The notes under the pieces: model-generated
Seen by the model: the letters and a program-made list of their open reading frames with translations, nothing else
Database searches by the model: none
Told to the model about the DNA's origin: nothing
Source: Lama glama
Taxonomy: Eukaryota
Assembly (NCBI GenBank): GCA_028534125.1
Contig: CM052817.1
Span: 28,336,001 to 28,400,000 of the forward strand
Reading direction: 5' to 3'
DNA length: 64,000 bases
Program-made: the position numbers and the translations under genes
In this document: positions 51,540-64,000 of the stretch, piece after piece
Layout of the letters: every line of letters begins with the position of its first letter
Numbering within the stretch: position 1 is the stretch's first letter

Positions 51540-52732
51540 TGATGTGTTTTTAAAGTTCTTTTATATTTTGGGTAACAGTCCTTTTTCAGATGTGTCTTTT
51601 GCAAATATTTTCTCCAAATCTGTGATTTGTCTTTCTTATTTTCTTAGCATTGTCTTTTGTAGAGCAGATTTTAATTTTCAGGAAGTCCAGATTACCAATT
51701 ATTTCTTTCATGGATTGTACTTTTGGTGTTACATGTAAAAAGTCATCACTGTACTCATGGTCATCTAAGTTTTCTTCTATGTTATCTCTTAGAAATTTTA
51801 TAGTTTTGATTTTAACATTTAGTTCTGTGATATGTGTTTTAAGTTAATTTTTGAGAAGGGTCTAAGGTCTGCATCTAGGTTCATTTTTCTGCATGTGGAT
51901 GTCATTGTTCTAGCTACATTTGTTAAAAGTACTATCTTTGCTCCATTGTATTGCCTTTTCTCCTTTGTCAAAGATCAGTTGACTACAATTATGAGAGTCC
52001 ATTCCTAGGCCCTCTGTTTTGTTCCATTAATCTATTAGTCTACTCTTTCGCCAATACCACACTGCCTTGATAACAGTAGCTTTATATTAAGTCTTAAAAT
52101 CAGGTAGTTCAGTTCTCCAACTTTGTTCTTTTTCAATACTCTGCTGGCTATTCTGGGTCTTTTTCTTCAAATACATTTTACAATCAGTTTGTCTAGTCCA
52201 CAAAATAACTTTCTGGGATTTCAATTGTGATTGCTTTGAATCTATCAATATAGTTGGGCAAAACTGACATCTTGACAATACTGTCTTTCCTATCCATGAA
52301 CATGGACTGTTTATTTATTTACTTCTGTGATTTCATGCATCGGAGTTTTATTCTTCTCTACATATATCTCTTGTATAGATTTTGTTAGATTTATACCTAT
52401 GCATATAATTTTGGGGTGTTGATGTAAATGATATTGCATTTTTATTTGAAATTCAACTTATTTGTTATTGTTATGTAGGAGAGTAATTAACTATTGTATA
52501 TTGACTTTGCATTCTGTAACCTTGTTGGTTCCAAGAGTTTATTTGTCAGTTATTTTGGATTTTCTACATAGAAGTGATCATGTCATTTACAAACAAAGAC
52601 ATTTTATTTCTTCCTTCACAATCTGTATGGCTTGGCTTGGCTTGGCTTGGCTTTTCTTTCCTTTCCTTTCCTTTTTTCCCTTATTACATTAGCTAGTACT
52701 TCTAGCATGAAGTGAAAAGGAGTGGTGAGAGA
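51540..52732 (-). mobile_element. LINE-1 ORF2 fragment (old L1M)
   Basis: tttgcaaatattttctcc, ctttgtcaaagatcagttgac, ccaataccacactgccttga, tccatgaacatgga. Confidence 0.93.
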
Positions 52733-53039
52733 TAATTATTTTGAAATTTGGTTACAGCTAATTTAAAAGTTGCACTTAACCAGAAAGGTCAAACGTTTTT
52801 AATACTTTAGGCAACCTATGAAAATAGCTTCAAAATTTAGAAAGCAAAAGCAACTAGAATTTCAATGAATGACTATAGAAATTTCTATTTAAACATGGCA
52901 ATGTGAAAACATTACTTATTTTCTATCCTTCAAAGTTTATCAATAACACCAAAATTAGCTTCTAAAATATTTTTAAAGCAAATATATTAATAGAAGCCAA
53001 AGACAAATTGGATGCTAAAAGAATCTCAGAAAAAAATCA

Positions 53040-53560
53040 GAAAGAAGTTCAATAAATATTAAGAAAAAGTATTCATCCTAAATAATAATTAGACATACAA
53101 TTTAAAACAATAACATAATTCTTTGCATTTATATCATGGGTACTGATAAATAGAGTATTAATATAGTCATCAAGAGAATAGAAAAATATGCACTCCTATC
53201 AACGTTTAGTGGAAGTGTAAATTTGTGTAGATTTTGAAGCACAAAAGCAATGTCTACCATGATTCTTTTTAAATGTGCATAGCCTTTGCCCCTCTAAAAT
53301 TCCCCTTCTAGATTTTTGTCCTATAGAATTTTCATGGAGAAAAATAGGTAAATTGAAAGTATAATTAGTAGCATTGTGTGTGACAGCAAAAATAGTCTAT
53401 CAAAAGGAAAATAGTTAACAAAATTACAATTGAGATGGAATCGTAAATAGCTATGAAAAGATCACAGGTATGAAAAGATAAGCAAAACTGTAATGTCTAA
53501 TTTATTGCATGACACTAGAGGATAATCATTCATAATATTCAAATAGAGAAAAACCCAGTA
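53040..53560 (+). mobile_element. Highly degraded L1ME-type 3' fragment
   Basis: gtggaagtgtaaatttgtg...catagcctttgccc...aattccccttctaga...gcattgtgtgtgacagcaaaa. Confidence 0.6.
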
Positions 53561-54371
53561 ACCCTTCTTTTTACACGGGAAAAAACCTAATTCATGCAAA
53601 TATTTTTGTGCATATTTAAGTATAAAATGGCAACTTTCACTGTTTAGCTAGCACAATCTTGCACAGCACTTCAGCTATTACTATAACTTTTGGGGGTCAG
53701 AAGTTTATTTTATTGTTAATTTGATCTTTTTATACTTCAGAGACAGGCATGGTAATTGCCATTCAGAGGCAATTTCAGCCAACTGTAGATGGAGGCATGT
53801 CAACACTATATACTAAAAACAGGAATGAGATCAAGGCCTTTTCATTTTCCCTATAAGTCTATGTCTTAACACATTCTGTCCAGAAAGAGTGCTAATGTAT
53901 CTTGGCTTACAAGTACAGTGCATTAGAAATGTTGCCAACTTTTTTCTTTTCATTAAATAAACACTGTTTCCCACTCACTTAAAATGATCCCTTAGAAACT
54001 TGCAAACCAACGAGAGTAAAGAGATTCTTGTTTAGAAGAAAACAGTTTAGACTCATAGATATTTCTTAAGCTATCTAAAATATTTTAAGCTAGAAAACAG
54101 GGGAGATAGCTGTTAACAGTGGCCACAAAATGATAAATATAACAATTTAGAAAGCATTGAAAATGTTTTAAATTTATTTTATCATACACATCTCTGTTGC
54201 CAGTATGGAAAAAAATCAGAATTTGTTTTTGGTTTTGGCTACAAGCTTCATTTAAGGCAGAATGTCTTCCCATATGTGGTTTACAGGGACTATGAACTAA
54301 CTCAAATGTTTGTATATAAACAGAGACTGAATTTTAATTATGGAAGAGAGTATTATTCCTTATTTTGTCCA

Positions 54372-55376
54372 GTTTTATTGAGGTATAATTGACATATTGT
54401 ATATGTTTAAGGTATACAACATACGGATTTCATATACAGTTGACCCTTGAACAACATGGGTTTGAACTACATGGGTCCACTTACATGCACATTTTTTCAA
54501 TATTACCTATATTTTCATTTTACAGACTCTAAATGAGCTAAGTATAAGGAAATGTTTATGCTTGATTAGAGATCACATGTGGAAATGAAAAGAACTAGGG
54601 TTTGAGTCCTTATTTTGTCCCGATTGCTTCAGCTTCCTGCCTTTGAATGAGTCATTTATCAGTTCTTGTGTTTTGAGGCAGAGACAGCAGTCTGCAGATT
54701 TTTGACTGAATGGGAGGAGAGGTAGTACGTACCCCTAACCCCTGCATTATGTATGTATATATTGTGAAATCATTAGTGCAAATAAGTTTAGTTAACATCC
54801 ATCATTTCACATAGTCATGCTTTTTTTTTTTTCTGGTGATGAAAACTTTTAAGATCTTCTCTCAGCAACTTTCAAATACACAATACAGTATTGTTAACTA
54901 TAGTCACCATGCTGCACACTGTATCTTCAGAACTTACCTATCTTATAACTGGAAGTTACACCTTTTGACCACCTTCATTCGTTTTCCCCACCCCTTATCC
55001 CTTGCCTTTGACACCCACCAATCTGTTCCCTGTTTCTATGAGCTCTTTTTTTGTTAAATCCACATATAAGTAAGATCATAATTTGTCTTTCTCTCTTTGA
55101 CTTTTTTCACTTAGCAGAATGCCTTCAATCCATATTTTCATGAATGGCAGGATTTTCTTCTTTATTATGACTGGGTATAAGTCCATTGTATATGATACAA
55201 TATTTTCTTTATCCATTCATCCATTCATCCATCAATGGACATTTAGGTTGTTTCCATGTCTTGGTCTTGGGTATTGTAAATAATGCTTCCATGAATATGG
55301 GGGTGGGAGGAGTCAGATATCTCTTTGAAATTGTGATTTCATTTCTTTTGGAGATATACTCAGAAGTGGAATTTCT
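54372..55376 (-). mobile_element. LINE-1 3' end (L1MA9-like), interrupted by a Tigger element
   Basis: ttttattgaggtataattgacata; aatacagtattgttaactatagtcaccatgctg; catcaatggacatttaggttgtttcca. Confidence 0.92.
54437..54748. mobile_element. Tigger2-family MITE nested in L1
   Basis: TA then TIR cagttgacccttgaacaacatgggtttgaact; right end cccctaacccctgcatt lacks the terminal repeat. Confidence 0.88.
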
Positions 55377-56619
55377 AGTTTTATGCCAAATTGACTTTAG
55401 TATTTCATATGTGCACTTCTAATTTATCATTTTAAAATAATACTTAGCATGACCACTAGCAGATAAATATTGTATATAAATTATTTTAATGCACATCATT
55501 TAATATTATTCAAGATATTTATTAATATTAATTTGTTTTGAAGGATGATTTTAACTTATCCATCACAATTTTTTTATATTGACATAAGAAGTCATCAAAC
55601 TGATTCATAAAAATCAATTCTAATTCTTTATTGATTGCTACCATTTATGTAACCTTTGCTGAATGGAGTAAACTTTAGCTAAATCATCTGTTAAATGTCA
55701 AGATGGCTAATTAACAGTCAGGAAGCTAGTGTTACCATTGACCAAACTTGTATTTACCCATCTATTTCTCCATGGCCTAAACACTGTCCCAATCTATACT
55801 CATGTATCTGATGACTTTTTTCACTTCTGTACAATTTTATTGCTCATATATTAATCACTAACTTTTCTCTTGTGTTCTTAGATGACTTTTGTCCTTTTCT
55901 AATTGTGTATCTGAACACAGTATAATTTTAAAATTTTGCACCTCTCTCTTCACTTATCTTCTTGATTCAGATATCTTTAAAAGTTAGTTCAGTTTATTAT
56001 CCATCACAAATATTATTACAACATTTTATGTAAAATTACTTCATTTGGGCCTCTAAGAATAACCCTGACTTTTGTTACCTTTTTTTCAGAATTCATGACA
56101 TTTTCTTTTGATAACTTCTTAAGCAATATTTGTTGTTGGATATTTTGAAGCATCATAGATCTAGTCACATTTCATTTTTAAAATAAAAAACAACATACAT
56201 AGTACTATAGTATACTAAGGATAACTCTGTAAAATGCTCACTGTGACACTGCACAGAGATAAGAGCTGTTATTATACAAAATAGATATAGATACATATAT
56301 AGGTTTAAAACTAGCTTTATGATGAGTAATGTCTTTCATTTTTCCTATTTCCATTTGGCTTATTATTTTTTGCATGTTTGCCGATGTATTTATGCACATG
56401 ACTGACATTTCATGAAGTATCTGGGAAATAGTCCAGCTACTCTCACTTTCATAGTAGAAAAGTTGATAGAATTGGTAATGCTTAAGGACATATTACCTAT
56501 AATGGGAACAGCAACATGACATAGTTAATATGGCTTCTTTTAATGTTCTCCATTGCTTAAAAAATAAAGTCTAGAGAACTATACAGATCTTTCATGAACT
56601 AACCCTTGACTTTCTACAT

Positions 56620-56960
56620 TTTGAAGACAGAAGTGTGGGTTTGGAAACTTGAGAAAAAGAGATGAATAGGCAGATATTGTAACAGTCAATATGAAAGTTG
56701 ATAATGTTCAAACTAAGACAGTAAGGATATGAAAAGTATAATAGGATTCAAGAGACCCTATTGAAATAGAATTGAGATACTTTGATTATTAACTGGAGCT
56801 AAAGAGAAGGATTCAAAAAAAAAATATTATAGAGCAAAGACCGAGTGTATATTTCTCTCTTGAGATGAAGATATACTTAATAATGAGATCTTAAAGCAAT
56901 TTAGAAAGATGTCAGAGCTCTCTGAAAGTGCTGCATTTGGGATCAGGCTAATGACAGAGC
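56620..56960 (-). mobile_element. Degraded LINE-2 fragment
   Basis: aactaagacagt...ggattcaagagac...aatagaattgagatactttga. Confidence 0.45.
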
Positions 56961-58364
56961 CCACCTCACACATTGTCGGAAGTTTCTGCTCAGGAATGAG
57001 AAAGTAAATGCCACAGAGTAGGGAAAAAAACTAGCATGTCAAACAGTATTTTTAACATTTAAAAATATATTGTTAATTAAATGTAATAGATTTGAAAGGT
57101 AGAGTCTAGAGTCCACAGTCCTTTTTCAGAAATTAGAAAATATTTCAATGTAGGAGAATTTTGTGACAAATCAAGGTGTTATAGAATCATACCATTAGAT
57201 CTTAAACTAGGTGTCCATGGAATATTAGGTAGCACACTTATATAAAAGCCAAATAATGTCAAGTTTTCCCAATTCAACAGTATATAAAAAATGAAAACAA
57301 ATAATAATAAAAATGTTCAATTTTCAGTTTTCCTGCTTAATATTCTTCAACCTTTGACATCAAGCAAGAAATAAAATAAATAAAAAAAGCCAAAAAAGCT
57401 AAATAATATTAATAGAAATGTCAGAAATATGATTACAAAAAAATCTTATATGTATTACTTTTTGGTTACAGAAGATATACTCATATATTTTGTTAGTAAA
57501 TTTGTTGCTATTTCACAAAATGATTATATAGATCAGTTCTTCTGGAATTCTTTTAAAGAGCTCCATGACTTCTGCACTCATTCCTTGTCTGCTAACAAGT
57601 GTGAATTACACCTGAAAAGAACAGGTGGAAATTAGAATGAACAAAGAAGCAAAAAACAAGTAAGAAAGTCAGGAGAAGGGTGGTACAAAAGGGAAATAAC
57701 TTTATTTCCTACTTTCCTACTCTGATCCCGTTTCTATGTTAGGATTGATTCTTTCATTATTGTATCTATTATTCTCAACTCTGCTATTAGATAGCATAAA
57801 TAATTTTAATTAACAAGTAAGAACTTGAAGTCCAGAGAGGTTCAGTTTCTTTCCCTAAGTCTCACAGAAGCATTTGACACATAGTCTTTGTAGAAAAAAA
57901 TGTTCAATAATCAGGTGATTAGGTAAAAAGAAATATCAATATCAGTTGGGGTTCCTAGAACTGAGCAAATTAAACTGTCTCTGGCTGATTCAAACAGCAA
58001 AGGAACAGACTGAAAGATTTGCTGAAGATGTTGAAACATGAGACTTGTAAAATGGATAGGAACAAAGGAAGCTAGGTAGAAGTAAGGAACACAGACTTGT
58101 TCCAGAAAATATTTGGTGAAAACAACACAACCACTATTCTGAACCACAGATACCATATCTGTCCCTTCACCATGGCCCATGCTGGACACCTTGCTCTGCC
58201 TCTAGCTTTGCTGTCACCATTGTGCAGGGAAGCTGGATGTGACTGCCATCATTTGATCACCTCTAGCATTAGGTGTTTGTCTGACCATTTCTCAGTTATT
58301 CTGTTTAATTCGAATATTGCATTCTTTTCAAAAAAATAGCACTGAGATAGAGGCTAGGGTGGTT

Positions 58365-58690
58365 AAAGAGGAACTGGTTAGAATATTTAGCTTAGAAAGA
58401 TGAATGAAAGCTGTTTTAAATATTTAAAAGACACACTTATGCACTACTTTCAAGTTTTCCAGAGGATGGATCAGGAACTAATAAGTAAAAATTGTGAAAA
58501 GGTAAGGTTTCTTTTTAATATAAAAAAAGTCCAAAATCAGAATGAACAAGGTCCCTGCTACTAGGAATAATTATGCAAGCACAATATGGTCACTTCTTAT
58601 GGATATCATGGAGCAAATTACTATTTGAGTATGAGAAGCCACTACGTAACTGGTAAGATTAGAATAACTCTAATTTTAAGTCTCAGCAGT
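58365..58690 (+). mobile_element. L3/CR1 LINE 3' fragment
   Basis: gaggaactgg...tttagcttagaaaga...gctgttttaaatatttaaaag...ccagaggatggatcaggaactaat. Confidence 0.65.
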
Positions 58691-59039
58691 TCTTTGATCT
58701 CTACCTTTGAATTTCATGTACAATATTATATGTAGTTTACATTGTTAAATGGTCTTCAAGTAGGAGGAAACTTCACATTTGTACTAAAGAACAAAATTTG
58801 CCTCCAGCTTCTTGAGCATGATTATGTGCAATACCGCACCACAATTATTTCTTAGTGTACTTAACCATTTATGGTGTTGGCAGATACATCTCAACTTGGT
58901 GTGGCTACAGGATTGTTTTAGATATGGCTATGAAAAGCATGTATCCTCAGTGTACTTTTGGAATTGGGTATTTGAATTTTCATTTAAATAGTTTTCTAGA
59001 TATTATAGAACATATCTTGTACATTTTTTGCATGATTAT

Positions 59040-59990
59040 ATGGCTTTTTATTTCAAAGTAATTACAAAAGTATAGAGAAGTTGAAAACTAGTAAGAAAAC
59101 AATTCTTATTTGCCCTTTACTCAGGTTTCCCAAAAGTTAATGTTACTATATTTATTTAGTCCTTTTCACTTTGTATGAGTATGAATGTGTGTGTATGTAT
59201 GTGTATATGTCTGTGCATTGTCAACAAAAAATTGCACTGATGGAGATAGACAAAGAAGACTTTATTTAAGACTATTAGAATAGAAGAGAGAGGGACTGAG
59301 CTCACTTCTTACAAAGCAAAAGGTGGGGACATTTTTAAACCCTGAGGTGATCTAATAGATAAGTACTAGAGGACTTTACAGCTAAGGCTGGTCAATGTGA
59401 CTATCTTTGCTAATTGGTGGTTATCTAAGTTAGGCTCCTCCCCTACCACAGAGATGGGGAGATAGGAAGGTTATCTTTCTTGATAGTTACTTGATGATTA
59501 TATTTTAAAGGGATGACCCCTAGGTCCTTGAGAAAGACATTGCTGGGTTGTAAAACTAGAAAAAGGCTATGAGAAGATTTTTATTTCTAAGAGACAAGAA
59601 AGAATTTTAAATTGCAAGGTTTTGAAAGTTAAAGACTTAAGAAAAGTGAAGACAGGAGCCTATAGCTGGGGAAAAAAATCTGCCTAAAATTAAGGGGAAT
59701 GGTAAAGCTATGTTTGTCAATGTGAGTATATATTGTTCATGGCAAAGGCTAGAAATCATGGCATCTAAGGTTCAGAATAATGGATGAATACACACACACA
59801 CAAATACATATACGCATGTACATGTGTAGGTGTTTGTAGCATATTTATACTTTCTGAAATGCTTGAGAGTAAGCTGCAGACATGATACCTCATTATCTCT
59901 AAACATTTCATTATATACTCATAAAAACAATGATATCTCTTACATAGGTTCTTATAGATTTTCTACCTTTATTTAACTATTGTCTAATTA
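59040..59990 (-). mobile_element. Old L1MC-type 3' UTR fragments split by an LTR
   Basis: tatagagaagttgaaaactagt...ccctttactcaggtttccc; ttgagagtaagctgcagacatgat. Confidence 0.7.
59219..59719 (-). mobile_element. ERV1 solo LTR (MER31/MER67-like)
   Basis: TG...CA ends; gactttatttaagactatt gives minus-strand AATAAA; aggtccttgagaaagacatt; about 500 bp. Confidence 0.75.
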
Positions 59991-60927
59991 TTAAAATTGG
60001 GAAGTTAATCTCACATGTTTTCACAACCCCAGACTGGACAGTTACCATTAGGTTGCATTTTACAAATAAAGGAACCATGTACATTGACATTTGGCCCCAA
60101 TACTGGGGACCAGAGACATCCTACAGATTCTATCCACTTTATTAAAGAACAATTTTTTGAGATTTATTACTTTTTTTTTCAACTCTCAGGATGCTGAACA
60201 GTAATTGATTCTGATTAAGTCTATTTATAATGAATGTGAAAATTTTTGATATAGTAATATCAAGAGGATATATTTTCCATCAAGGTCTCTGCAATATTAG
60301 AATTCTCTACTACTTCTGGCTGTGTTAGAAAACTGAATAGGTTGAAGTTAAACACCTGTGGTGAGACCCATATGTTGCATTACGCTTCTGCCAGGTTGAC
60401 GTAGGAAACTCAACAAAAGCAAGGGAGTCCCTTCCATTATTAATGATTCTCTAAGCCCTTAGTCACATTCTGTGAGCCATAGAAATAAATAAATGAAATA
60501 TTCATTAAAACACTTAAACTATCAATATTGTATAAGCAAAAAAATAAGCAAAAAATGAAAGGAACAACATGGTATAAATAGACCCTCATTGGACTGAGTC
60601 ATCATGTTGAAATTTTCTAAGAAAAACTGACAGTTCTGAAATCCTTCAATAACTTAGAAGATATGTTATTTTCTTTAAGTGTCCATAGGTCTTCAGTTTG
60701 GCTAGATACAAAAACCATGTGCAGATGTCTGAGTAAGCATTTTTATTTTTGAAAATATCAGTGAGAAATACAAGAGAATTATTCTCCATTTACTTTTTCT
60801 AATAAATTTGCATTTTCAACTTCTAGACACAAACTGAGATATCTAATTTAGATTTCCATAGCATTCTATTAGCATTTGGATATGCTACCCAGACTGCTGA
60901 GTAAGAATCTTGATTCAAAGTCTTCAT

Positions 60928-61130
60928 CAGGAGTTGGCACAACTTTTCCCTTAAAGAGACTGATAGTATTTCAGGTTTTGCAGACCAGGTATGGTCACAA
61001 TCACACATCCCTTTTTGAACTCTTTTACAACCTTATAAAAATATAGAAATTATTTTTCGCTCAAGGGCCACACCAAAGAACACCAAGGGTAATATTTGGC
61101 CCGTGGGTTTGACCTGTCTGCTGATTCCTG
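60928..61130. mobile_element. MER58-family MITE
   Basis: TIRs caggagttggcacaact ... gtctgctgattcctg; atttggcccgtggg. Confidence 0.85.
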
Positions 61131-61499
61131 ATTTAGGGCTATATTTATCAGTTGCAGAAGCTGTATAATAGATATAAATTCTTTATATGGGCTAGTAAAT
61201 GTTCTTACACTTTTACTTAAGGAATTTATTGTCTTAATGTAACTAAATACATTCAGCTGCAAAAATCTAAAATGTATGCTACTGCTAATCACATTGCCAG
61301 AATGACTAAGAAACTAATAATTCTGTTACTTTATTAGTTACTATAAAATTAAAGGTTGAATTCAAATTTAGGAAAATATGTAATTAATGCTTTTCAACCT
61401 ATTGGCATGCTTGTACTGGTAAGCTTAACATCAAGATGACTGTAAATCAATATCTAACTGAATAAGGAAATGGTCGTGCAGGGGCTTCCTAGTTACTGT

Positions 61500-61558
61500 A
61501 TATGTACTTGTATGTGTGCATGTGTGCATGTGCATATGTGTGTGCATGTGTGTGTGTG
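61500..61558. repeat. Imperfect (TG)n/(TGTGCA)n repeat
   Basis: Direct inspection. Confidence 0.85.
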
Positions 61559-63006
61559 GTTATATCATAGAACTGCCATTACAATTGCTAGTTAACCTAT
61601 AATAATTATTATTGGTATAACCAATCTTGATTGTAAAAGGAATATGCCTGACCTAAAACGGGCAAATATATTATGGTTTATTTTGCTCACCACTACATAA
61701 TTAGTGTTTAGTGGAGTGTCTGACATTGAAAATACTAAATAAATATTAAATGAGTGGATAAAAAGAAATTCTGTCATTGAACTACTGAGATCTGTGAGAC
61801 CTTTGTGGTGGAGAGAAAACAGGCCTGAAGCAATACACGTATCACACAGAAGATCAGGACAAGATTCAGACTCAGGGGAGAAGACAGGGACAGCTTCTGG
61901 AACAGGGATACACAGCAAGGTAGAAAAAGTCCTAGTACTTCAATCCAAACATGAGAACAGAGAAGAATCATGATGAATCCTTGATCTACTGGCCTACAAA
62001 CACTTGTTTTTTATTGACTGAGCAGAGCTGGCCTTAGAATATACCTTAAGTTGAACATACAAGTAGGAATCTCATTGTTTCTCTGAAAAAGGACATCTTT
62101 AATTTGCAGAGTCAGCCCAGAATCTGACACCCAGTCACTGTTTACTACTTAATAAATTTAAGAAATAACTATGGTGGAAAGAGAGCCAGGAAGATCAATA
62201 AAATATTTTCAATGTATTTATAAAATATCACATAGTTTTTATGAAATGATTACTGAATGATCAGTACTCATGATGACTAATGATTTAGTAACTAAATATT
62301 ATTTCCTTTCCATGATGACTTCTAGTTATTAATTTAATTACTCATTAATTACTCATCATGATTTTGGTATTAATTCTTTGGGTTTTAAGAATAAAATCAG
62401 TACAAACCATGAACCTTCCTTCCCTTTTTAAAAAAATGTATAGGAAATACATATTTTAAGAAAATATCATTTTAAGACAATTATCACATATTATGGACAC
62501 TAGTCAAATTTGTGATTTCTGCAATAATAATCAGTACAAAAACAAAAGTAATATTATTTCACAGACAAGGCTGAGTTTAGACGACTTTTTATTTTTTCAA
62601 AACTTAAGAACTGTGTCTACATGAATATATTTACATACATGAGCAATAAAGATACTGGAGGCATTTCCTAGTAAATAGTGACAGTAGTTGTCTCCGAGTG
62701 GGGGTCATGCTTGGTGATCTTACTTTCTTCTTTTTTATTTTAAAATTTATCATTTAAAGTTCCTACAGTTAGAGTGATCATTTCATTTAAAATATTAAAA
62801 ATAAGAAGAAATTCTGGAGACCCTTAAACATTTGATATGAAGTTAGATTTCTCCTCATTTCCTGAAAAATATGTAGTTTAAAGCAAAATGTCAAGTTTTT
62901 TCTTTTTTAAGTGCAGTAACATTTCTGTCTTTAAAAAAACTACTTAGGGAACAATTCTGTACAGTATATATGTTGATATAATACTTTTTAAATTTAATTT
63001 AAGGAA

Positions 63007-63072
63007 GGGGAGAGGAGGAGCCAAGATGGCAGAGTAGGAAGACCTTGAGCTAACCGCCTCCCATGGGTACCA
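63007..63072 (+). mobile_element. Isolated LINE-1 5' terminus
   Basis: ggggagaggaggagccaagatggcagagtaggaagaccttgagctaaccgcctcccatggg, with the YY1 core caagatggc. Confidence 0.75.
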
Positions 63073-63074
63073 CT

Positions 63075-63280
63075 TAATGGTTAAAAGCCTGAGCTTTGAA
63101 AGCTGGCAAATGCAGCCTCCAGTCTCCGCTACACCATTTAATATGTGATTTTGAGGCAGCTTATCTAACCTTCTCCTCCTTCTATTCTCAACCATTAAAC
63201 GGAGATAATAAAATCTATCCTGTAAGAATTTCATGAAGATTATATATGAAAAGATGTCCAGCATATAACTAGCAATCAAT
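63075..63280 (+). mobile_element. MIR SINE
   Basis: atggttaaaagcctgagctttg...tgtgattttgaggcagcttatctaacctt...aaacggagataataa. Confidence 0.8.
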
Positions 63281-63804
63281 ACATAACATAACTTGAAATA
63301 TTACTGAAAGAGGGAAATGTAATTCAGAAACATGTCTGAGAAGACTGAAATGGAACACAGATATTTAGTCTTGAAATTCTGTTCTAACATTAGAGCAAAT
63401 TGCTTTCACGTTAGAAAATTAAATGTTCAGACTGTGCTGATATTTAAAGAGTCAAGATACAAGTGTTCATTATAAACTAAAGTAAATTCTGCTGCCAGGA
63501 TATTTGTGTAATCTTTGTTGCTCTCGTTTCTGTTTCTGTGTTGTGTCTATCCTTCTGAACCGGCGGGGAGCAGAGTTACATATGTTTTTCCAGCTGCTGT
63601 TGCTTCAGGCTTTACACATTGGTGTTAACTTGTGAGACTCTGATATATGGAGCCAAGAATCTGTGTGATTTTTTTTTTCATGAGATTCCATGGCAAACTT
63701 TTATTTTGCAATATATGAGTCTGGGTGTTAACTAGATTTGTTTTAACTTAATGGTTTCTTCAAGTATTGCTGAAGTCCAATTTAATGTGGTAACTTTAGT
63801 CATG

Positions 63805-64000
63805 AAATATTTATTGAGAGAATATTAGGTGCTGAGTATTATTTCTGGAACAAGAAATCCATGAACAAGGCAAATACGTATATTTTAGGAAGCTTATCTT
63901 TTAGTTATGGGGGAGAGAATCATAATAAGTAGTGTATGTATGTGTATGTTAGAAAGTAAGAAGCACTATGGAAAAATAGTGTAAGGTAAGAGGAGTTGTG
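63805..64000 (-). mobile_element. LINE-2 3' end
   Basis: aatatttattgaga...atgaacaaggcaa...aggaagcttatcttttag...aagcactatggaaaaa. Confidence 0.65.

Noticed and set aside
53735..53850. Possible snRNA pseudogene or hairpin (aattgcc...ggcaatt)
   Set aside because: Only a 7-bp stem, and no similarity to U4 or other snRNAs I recall
54358..54620. 13-bp direct repeat ccttattttgtcc as a TSD
   Set aside because: The second copy lies inside the Tigger element and the pair does not bound a coherent insertion; likely chance
62240..62370. ATGATGA box C-like motifs suggesting a C/D snoRNA
   Set aside because: No suitably placed downstream CTGA box D or terminal stem; low-complexity AT-rich DNA
1..64000. 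CRISPR array, operon or prokaryotic defence system
   Set aside because: Mammalian DNA with no regularly spaced repeat-spacer array and no gene-dense ORFs

Overview
Mammalian genomic DNA, AT-rich and repeat-dense, not prokaryotic. A tRNA-derived SINE with the tail AAATAAATAAACCTAATTACCTCCCCC and the style of the young LINE-1 3' ends point to a camelid (alpaca, llama or camel). I could not recognise a protein-coding exon, RNA gene or CRISPR array. The supplied ORFs are LINE-1 ORF1/ORF2 remnants, run through assembly gaps, or look like chance. The window looks intergenic or deep intronic. It is tiled by L1, L2, L3/CR1, MIR, MaLR/ERV solo LTRs and hAT/Tigger DNA transposons, with two N gaps (30098-30197 and 41154-41653). 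The best leads are an mRNA retrocopy 3' end running into the second gap, several nested or TSD-flanked insertions, an isolated L1 5' tip, a CpG-rich patch with a CTCF-like site, enhancer-like motif clusters and candidate non-coding exons. I found no credible novel biological system. Repeat subfamily names are recalled by eye and most boundaries are approximate; both need RepeatMasker/Dfam confirmation.
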